Part shown: positions 57,929 through 64,000 of the stretch, piece by piece
Layout: every line of letters starts with the position of its first letter
Position numbering within the stretch: position 1 is the first letter of the stretch
The notes under the pieces: model-generated
Told to the model about the DNA's origin: nothing
Database searches by the model: none
Seen by the model: the letters and a program-made list of their open reading frames with translations, nothing else
Assembly (NCBI GenBank): GCA_965199715.1
Contig: OZ241322.1
Coordinates: 1,824,001-1,888,000, forward strand
Reading direction: 5' to 3'
DNA from: Vicinamibacteria bacterium
Lineage (GTDB): Bacteria > Acidobacteriota > Vicinamibacteria > Marinacidobacterales > Marinacidobacteraceae
DNA: 64,000 nucleotides
Translations under genes and position numbers: made by a program

Positions 57929-58944
57929 GGTGACGCCACCGTTGGAGCACGTCCACGCCCTCGCGCAGGAGACGGAGGCGGGCGGGACGCAACTCCTCGG
58001 CCCCGAGCGCGACCCGAAGCGCCTCGCGCGGCTCCAGCTTCAGCACGCCGCCCCCGAGCGGGTGCCCTTCGATCTCGCAGCTCAGCGCGGTCAACGCCGA
58101 GTTCCACCGCCGCCGGAGAGTCTGGGCCGTGACTCCGTTGCGGAGATGGACCGCGTGCACGGCGTTCGCGCGCGCGCATCGGGCCTGGTTCTCCGCCAGC
58201 GTCGGCGCGCCGGAGCTCATGTGCGAGAGGAAGAGATCGGGGACGCGGACGTTGGGAACGGCGTACCACGGACGCGGCACTTGTAGCGCTGCTCCGCTCT
58301 GCGGCCCGCTTCCGAATCGAGGTGCCGGCGGACGCCGGGCGCCGCCGCGGACCGGGCGTCCAGTCGGAGCAGGAAGTGAGGCGAGTCGCGGTCCCGCCAT
58401 CCGGAGGCCGTCTCGCCGGTGATCGGGCGATCCAGGAGATCGCGCCCGCTGCGCCCGGTCGGCGTCAGCAGCGACGGCGGTATGTCCAGCTTCGCGGCCG
58501 CGGACGGGCGCCGCGCGGCCGGAGCGGCGACCCGGTCGCGATGAGGTACGGCGCCCACGAGGAAGCGAGGCCCGAGACCGGCGCCCCGAGCGAGCCGCAC
58601 AGCGCCTGCGCCAGCCGCCGGGTCCGCCCGGCGAACCGCCGGTAACGGATGAACGGCGGATTTCCGGCGGCGCAATCGAAACGCTCGTCCGTGGACCGCG
58701 CCCACTCGAAGAAGTCCGCCTCGTGGACCGCGTTGCCGGGCGCCCGCTCCTTCGCCTGGGCCACGGCGGCGGGATCGCAATCGACTCCGACCCCGTTCGA
58801 GTGCAGCGACAGGAATCGGCCGTCCCCGCAGGACGGGTCCGGCAACCGGTCGCCGGGTCGGCGCACCGCCCAGCGGACAAGCGCCGCCGCGATCTCCGGC
58901 GGGGTGTAGTAGGAGCCGAGGGACTTTCTCCGCGCGGCCTTCAT
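57912..58944 (-). pseudogene. N6-adenine DNA methyltransferase (gamma class), internally deleted and frameshifted
   Basis: GSYYTP, DPSCGDG and GNPPF in one frame; RYKCRVR and PWY..EGHPLGGGVLKLEPREA in two other frames. Confidence 0.8.
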
Positions 58945-58957
58945 TCTGACGGCCCGC

Positions 58958-59395
58958 TCAGGAGCCAGTGCGGGCGGGGCGTTCCTTGAACTCGAACTCC
59001 TGCTGGCAGCACCAGCACGGGCCGGGGAGGTGCGACGTGATGTTGCAGGTGAAGCAGAAGTAGAACGGCTCGATCGCCTCGCCGTCCTGGATCGTGTGGA
59101 GGTGGATGATCTTGCCGAGGCCGTCCTCGACCCACAGCGTCACCTCCAGCGGATGGCGGTGCACCCGTTCGTCGGTGAGGATTTCGACCCGGATGTCCTG
59201 GGGATCGAGGTGGTGGAGCGTTCCGTCCTCCGCCAGGATGGCGAAGGAGCCGCCCAGCCCGCACTCGCCGGGCTTGAGCACGACGTCGCCGGCGAGGCAC
59301 ACCGCCCGGCCCTCGACGGTCGTCTCGACACGCTCGCTGGCGCCGGGCGCGACGGCGAGAAGGGTGATTCCGACGAACCCGGCGAACCAGCGCAT
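58958..59395 (-). CDS. Exported uncharacterised protein with a C-terminal CxxC...CxCC motif
   Basis: Signal peptide; FYFCFTCNITSHLPGPCWCCQ. Confidence 0.75.
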   Translation of the reverse strand: MRWFAGFVGITLLAVAPGASERVETTVEGRAVCLAGDVVLKPGECGLGGSFAILAEDGTLHHLDPQDIRVEILTDERVHRHPLEVTLWVEDGLGKIIHLHTIQDGEAIEPFYFCFTCNITSHLPGPCWCCQQEFEFKERPARTGS

Positions 59396-59415
59396 CCCGA
59401 AATGGTACCCCGGCC

Positions 59416-61596
59416 TCAGCCGGGCACCAGGTACCACGTGGCCTTCATCAGCAACTGGCGGCGGACGTCCACGTCGCTGCCCAATCCGTACGGGCGCCGG
59501 TCGTTGTACACGAGGAAGAAGTCGCTGCCGGGCCGCCACGTCCAGCGGAGCTGCAGGTTCCCCGAGAACGCGCCCTCGTCGTCGTTCCACTGGAGCAGCC
59601 CCCGGATGAAGGCGTCGGGCGAGAGCGCGAGCATGCCCCGGAGGATCACCAGGTTCGTGGTGAAGTCGCCGCCGGGCTGGGGAAGCCGGATGTCGCTTCG
59701 CGAATAGCTCAGCCCGAAGCGGACGCGGGGATGCGGGCGGATCGCGAATCCGGGCGCGATCACCCGGAGCGTGCCGTCGAAGAAGCCGTTGCGGAGCGCG
59801 AACAGGTTGACGGAGAGCCGGCGGCTCTGCGACGACTCGGCCATCATGAAGTACGACGGGTTTTCGTACGTTCCCTCCTCGATCACCACGCCGTCGCGCA
59901 GCTCGAACGACTCGGAGAGGCCCTCGGTCTCCCGGCCCACGTTGAAGAAGAGGCTGCCGCCGTCGTCGAACAGGATGTAGGGGCCGACCCCCGCCGACTG
60001 CGACTGGATCGCGCCGTCGGTCTCGGTGAACCGCACGACGCCCGCGCCCATGAATATCTGGCGGATCCCGAACCGGCCGGGACGCGGGGTCCACATCGCG
60101 TCCAGCTTGGTCTTGCGCACTCCGGTCCGGGGCACGAACCCCAACTGCGACTCGAATCCCTCGCCGATGTCGGTGAAGATGGCGTCCAGCCGCCAGCGGT
60201 CGGTTCCCGACATCGCCGCGACCGAATACGCGGACTCCCGGCCTTCGGCTCCGGGCGTGTCGCTGATCGCCGCGAATCCGCTGACCGTCGAGAGGTCGCT
60301 CCACGCCCACGAGAAATCCGCCGCAGCCACCCGGTGGGAGTCGCCGCCCGAGACCGTCTTGTCGAGAGCGAAGACGCCGACCGAACTGCGGGCGAGCACG
60401 TCCCGCCGCAGCCGCACGGCCGAAAAGCCCGTGGCCTCGGAGGCTCCCTCGAGCGCGTCCTGCCGGATGTGGAAGGCCCCCACGTCCGTGGCCCCGAGCT
60501 TCCCGGTGACCCGGGCGCCGCCGAGGATGGGCACGATGTCCCCGTCGTCGGAGAGGCCGATGCGCCGGCTGAAGAACAGCAACGTCTCCGGCGGCTCGAA
60601 CGGGCGGTAGGGCTCGCCGACCTGGAAAAGCCCGGCGTTTTCGAGGAAGAACTCGCGTTTCTCGGGAAAGAACAGCTCGAACCGGGTCAGGTTCACCTGC
60701 TGTTCGTCGGCCTCCACCTGCGCGAAGTCGGTGTTCACGGTGACGTCGAGGTTCAGGTTGGAGCCGAGCGCGACCTTGGCGTCGAAGGCCCCGTCGAACG
60801 AGGACGTGCGCTCGCGGTCCTCGCGGGTGAACCCGTACACCCCCGCCGGCTTCAGCTTGAAGCGTCCGCCCGGTCGGGCGGCCTCGAGGCCCTCGACCAC
60901 GCCGTACGCGGACACCCGCCAGATGGCGTTGAAGCCCCAGTCGTTGTCGATCGGCGCCCACGAGCTCAGTTCCCTCGTCCGCGCGACCTGGCGCAGGAAG
61001 TTGATTCCGAACTCGGTCGTTCCCGAAGGAAACCGCAGCGTCTCGAAGGGGATGACGATCTCGGCGACCCACCCCGTGGCGGTGCGCCGGGAGCCCACGA
61101 TCCAGACGCCGTCCCACTCCCGGGTCACGGTCGTCCCCTCGTTCTGGATGAGCCCGTCCTGGCGGGTGCCCACCGCGTTCGTGGAAAAGAAGGCGGCGCT
61201 GCGGTGGTCGTGGTACGTGTCGAGGACGACCATGAAGTTGTCGTCGGACTCGAGGTCGGCGTCGCGCCGGTACTGCCGCGCCACGATCGCCTCGGGCTCC
61301 GGGTCGTCGAGGACGACTCCGATCAGCAGCGCGTTCTCGGTGAGCGCGATGCGGACCCGCGTCGCCTGCGAGGCCGGCGCCCCCTCGTCCGGCTCGGCCT
61401 GGACGAACGTTTCCACCACCGCGGCGTTCTCCCACAGCGGTTCGTCGAGGACCCCGTCGGCGTCCGGGGTCTCGGCGACGAAGGGAGCGACGACCCGCTG
61501 CGCGTGGCCGTGCGCGTCCGGCTCCTGGGCGCCGGCCGCGGCGGCCACCGCCGCGAGCAGCGCTACTCCTCCAGCGCGAACTCGAAGACCATCCAT
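59416..61596 (-). CDS. Second CBM9-like + DUF5916 exported protein
   Basis: DGVLDEPLW, NTDFAQVEAD..NLTRFELFFPEKREFFLENAG and LFFSRRIG motifs. Confidence 0.85.
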   Translation of the reverse strand: MDGLRVRAGGVALLAAVAAAAGAQEPDAHGHAQRVVAPFVAETPDADGVLDEPLWENAAVVETFVQAEPDEGAPASQATRVRIALTENALLIGVVLDDPEPEAIVARQYRRDADLESDDNFMVVLDTYHDHRSAAFFSTNAVGTRQDGLIQNEGTTVTREWDGVWIVGSRRTATGWVAEIVIPFETLRFPSGTTEFGINFLRQVARTRELSSWAPIDNDWGFNAIWRVSAYGVVEGLEAARPGGRFKLKPAGVYGFTREDRERTSSFDGAFDAKVALGSNLNLDVTVNTDFAQVEADEQQVNLTRFELFFPEKREFFLENAGLFQVGEPYRPFEPPETLLFFSRRIGLSDDGDIVPILGGARVTGKLGATDVGAFHIRQDALEGASEATGFSAVRLRRDVLARSSVGVFALDKTVSGGDSHRVAAADFSWAWSDLSTVSGFAAISDTPGAEGRESAYSVAAMSGTDRWRLDAIFTDIGEGFESQLGFVPRTGVRKTKLDAMWTPRPGRFGIRQIFMGAGVVRFTETDGAIQSQSAGVGPYILFDDGGSLFFNVGRETEGLSESFELRDGVVIEEGTYENPSYFMMAESSQSRRLSVNLFALRNGFFDGTLRVIAPGFAIRPHPRVRFGLSYSRSDIRLPQPGGDFTTNLVILRGMLALSPDAFIRGLLQWNDDEGAFSGNLQLRWTWRPGSDFFLVYNDRRPYGLGSDVDVRRQLLMKATWYLVPG

Positions 61597-62246
61597 GAGA
61601 CCGCGAGGAAGGCGACGGCGGCGAGGACGAGGAAACGGGCGGCTTCCGCCGGGGACTCGCCGAGCGAGATCGCTCGGAGCCCGGACACTCCGGCGATCAG
61701 CAGCGGCGCGGCCAGCGGGAAGAGCAGCAGCGGCAACAGCACTTCCCGCGCCGGCGTGGCCGCGGCGACCGCCGCCACCGTCACCCCGAGAGCCATGAAA
61801 CCGAGCGCGCCGCAAACCAGGAGAAACGTGAGTCCGACGTATTCGCTTACGCCGCCCGGCCCGAGAAGGTTCACTCCGAAGAGCGTCGCGTAGATGACGA
61901 CGACCGGGATCTGGACCATCACCAGCAGCGCCGTGCCCGAGGCCACCTTGCCGAGGTAGATGGCCGAGCGGTCGGAGGGAGCCAGCATCAGCCCGTGGAG
62001 CGCCATGGACTCGGTCTCCGAGGCGAAGCTGCGGTACAGCCCGAGCGTTCCGGCGAACAGCAGCGAGACCTGGAGCACGCCGGGGGCGAGCGGCTCCGCC
62101 GCCGCCGAGTCGAGGCCCACCGCGAAATGCATCACCAGAAGCACGAGCGCGGCGAACAGCAGCATCGCCGGAACCCGCTCACGGGAGCGGATTTCACCGA
62201 GCACGTCCTTGGCCGCGATCAACCCCGCGGCGCGCAGCGTGGTCAC
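61563..62246 (-). CDS. ccmB: Heme exporter protein CcmB
   Basis: KD...E.RSRE, IYLGK and REVLLPLLLFP motifs; follows ccmA. Confidence 0.88.
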   Translation of the reverse strand: MTTLRAAGLIAAKDVLGEIRSRERVPAMLLFAALVLLVMHFAVGLDSAAAEPLAPGVLQVSLLFAGTLGLYRSFASETESMALHGLMLAPSDRSAIYLGKVASGTALLVMVQIPVVVIYATLFGVNLLGPGGVSEYVGLTFLLVCGALGFMALGVTVAAVAAATPAREVLLPLLLFPLAAPLLIAGVSGLRAISLGESPAEAARFLVLAAVAFLAVSWMVFEFALEE

Positions 62247-62911
62247 GCCGTCCCCGTAGCCTCGTCGTAGGCGCGGCGGATCCGGTCGCGATCGGAGGCC
62301 GGGCGATCCAGCCGGATGCGTCCCTCATGCAGCAGCACGGCGCGGTCGGCGAGGTCGAGCCCCCGCCCAGTGTCGTGGGTCGCGAGGATCAGCGCCGCGC
62401 CCCGGCTGCGGGCCTCGGCGATCATGCGCGCGAGGCGCCCCCGGGAGGCCGCGTCGAGACCGGCGAACGGCTCGTCCAGCAGCAGGAGGTCGGGGCGGTG
62501 GAGGAGCGCCCGGGCGAGCGCGGCCCGCTGCGCGGTCCCCCGGGAGAGGAGCCGCGCCGGCGTGCGCCGCACGTGGGCGAGGCCGTGGGCCTCGAGCAGG
62601 GCGTCGAGGTCGAGCGCGACTTGGTGCAGCCGGGCGTGGAAGCGGAGGTTCTCCGCGACCGTGAGTTCGGGGTACAGCAGCGAATGGTGCGAGGCGAACC
62701 CGATGCGGGCGCGGGCCGCCCGCCGCACGACCCCGGCGCTCGGGCGGACGAGCGTCGCGGCGATCCGCAGCAGCGTCGTCTTGCCGGCGCCGTTGGGGCC
62801 GAGGAGGCACACCGCCTCGCCCGGTCCCACGCGGAAGTCCACGCCGTTCAGGACCGGCGCGCGCCGGTAGCGCTTGACCAGCCCTTCCGCCTCGAACGCG
62901 GGCGGAGTCAC
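62243..62911 (-). CDS. ccmA: Heme ABC exporter ATP-binding protein CcmA
   Basis: GPNGAGKTT, LSRG signature and LLLDEPF motifs. Confidence 0.85.
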   Translation of the reverse strand: MTPPAFEAEGLVKRYRRAPVLNGVDFRVGPGEAVCLLGPNGAGKTTLLRIAATLVRPSAGVVRRAARARIGFASHHSLLYPELTVAENLRFHARLHQVALDLDALLEAHGLAHVRRTPARLLSRGTAQRAALARALLHRPDLLLLDEPFAGLDAASRGRLARMIAEARSRGAALILATHDTGRGLDLADRAVLLHEGRIRLDRPASDRDRIRRAYDEATGTA

Positions 62912-63954
62912 GGGCCGGAGAAGGCGCGGTGCAGCAGGCCGAAGGCGAGCGCCGCCGCCATGAGCATGCCGAGGATCCAGTGCCGCGTCGCCGCCGGGTA
63001 GGGAAGGAGCCCGACAGTCCCGACCGGGTCCCCTTCGCCCGGGTTCGCGACCGGCGGAAGCGCCGGGTTCCCGGCGGCTGGCGGCGGCGCGGAGCCTCCG
63101 CTGAGCACCATGCGCACCGGCTCGCCGGCGGCGACGTCGAACTTGCGCGAGGCGGTCAGGCCCGCGTCGGGGTCCGGACCGAGCAGCGTCCACCCGTCGG
63201 GCGCGTCGTCGGGCAGCGTGAGGAGGACGTCCTCGGGCGACGCGAGCAGCAGGACCTCGGGGCTCGCGCGCGGCGCGATGAGGCTGACCTCGTGCTGCGC
63301 GTCCGAGTAGTCCACCTCGTAGGAGAACACCAGCTCGGTCTCGCCCGGCTTGAAGCTGGTCCGGGACGCGAAGTCCTCGCCTACCGGGAACAGGCTCTGG
63401 GGGACGGGCATCCCGGTTCCGCTGGTCGCGCTCATCGACGGGTGGCCGATGCGGACCCCTTCCGGCGGAAGCCGCATCCGGAACGTCGCCTCGGGATCGC
63501 GGAACGTGCGCGGCGGATTCGACTGGTTGCTCACCACGACGATGTGATCGACGCGCAGGCTGTCGCCCCGGGGCGCCCGCCGGTAGAGCACCCTCCATGT
63601 CGTGAACGCGATGGCGTCGTCGTCCCACTCGGAGAAGGTGTCGAAGACGGTGAGCTCGACCTCGCCGGAGCCGTCCGGACCCAGCCGGATCGGCTGGTTG
63701 TAGTTCACGCCGCCGAAGCTGGCCTGGACGAGAAACGGCTGCGGCCCGCCGGCCGGGGGGCCGTCGAGGACCGCCTCGGCGCCGGGGCTCTCGACGGTGG
63801 CGATCGGCTCCATGCCCTCGCCGAGCCGGTAGAGCGTCAGCAGCTCGGCGCTCCCCGGCCCTCCGGTGGTGCCGTTGCGGAGCGTCACCCGCACCGGACC
63901 GGCGGCCGCCGCCGGCGCGACGGCGGCGAGCAGCAGTGCGGCGAGGAGCCTCAT
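62908..63954 (-). CDS. Uncharacterised exported, membrane-anchored beta-rich protein upstream of ccmA
   Basis: Signal peptide, NGTT.. Ig-like segments and a C-terminal TM; coupled to ccmA. Confidence 0.7.
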   Translation of the reverse strand: MRLLAALLLAAVAPAAAAGPVRVTLRNGTTGGPGSAELLTLYRLGEGMEPIATVESPGAEAVLDGPPAGGPQPFLVQASFGGVNYNQPIRLGPDGSGEVELTVFDTFSEWDDDAIAFTTWRVLYRRAPRGDSLRVDHIVVVSNQSNPPRTFRDPEATFRMRLPPEGVRIGHPSMSATSGTGMPVPQSLFPVGEDFASRTSFKPGETELVFSYEVDYSDAQHEVSLIAPRASPEVLLLASPEDVLLTLPDDAPDGWTLLGPDPDAGLTASRKFDVAAGEPVRMVLSGGSAPPPAAGNPALPPVANPGEGDPVGTVGLLPYPAATRHWILGMLMAAALAFGLLHRAFSGP

Positions 63955-64000
63955 CGGTCCAGTTCGTCGAGGCGCGCCGTCACCCGCGCGGCCTCGGCGA
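63951..64000 (-). CDS. 3' end of an upstream gene (partial, possibly CcmI-like)
   Basis: ...AEAARVTARLDELDR*; the stop overlaps the next ATG (ATGA). Confidence 0.45.
   Translation of the reverse strand, partial: AEAARVTARLDELDR

Overview
Very GC-rich bacterial chromosomal window. It is most likely Acidobacteriota, inferred from the GWxTD-type protein, two DUF5916 proteins, and the style of MraZ/FtsL and the ccm-accessory genes; this was not verified by search. 1-16.5 kb: complete, translationally coupled dcw cluster (mraZ'-rsmH-ftsL-ftsI-murE-murF-mraY-murD-ftsW-murG-murC-ftsQ-ftsA-ftsZ-pgeF) with no murB or ddl. 16.4-25.4 kb: dnaG-rpoD-tRNA(CAT)-zinc ribbon-radical SAM, larB, and mutM-Cys-rich protein-DUF72. 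25.5-47.9 kb: accessory metabolism, including Tat-exported redox enzymes, a DUF5916/membrane protein/GMC/Gfo operon, and a six-gene operon joining a circularly permuted ATP-grasp/alpha-E/transglutaminase module to an RsbW/RsbV-like pair whose kinase lacks the G1-box Asp. 47.9-51.0 kb: eroded defence island (5'-truncated AIPR and vsr joined head-to-head, an XRE-ImmA protein with no Zn ligands, and a DUF4143 AAA ATPase preceded by a perfect 22+22 bp palindrome). 51-64 kb: split ccmAB...ccmCD cluster interrupted by, among other genes, a decayed type II R-M pair. Non-coding highlights are a candidate anti-Shine-Dalgarno hairpin RNA at ~27.9 kb and repeated -10-N6/7-ATG (leaderless-type) promoters. 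No CRISPR array, rRNA, transposase or integrase was seen. All family assignments come from motif recognition by eye.
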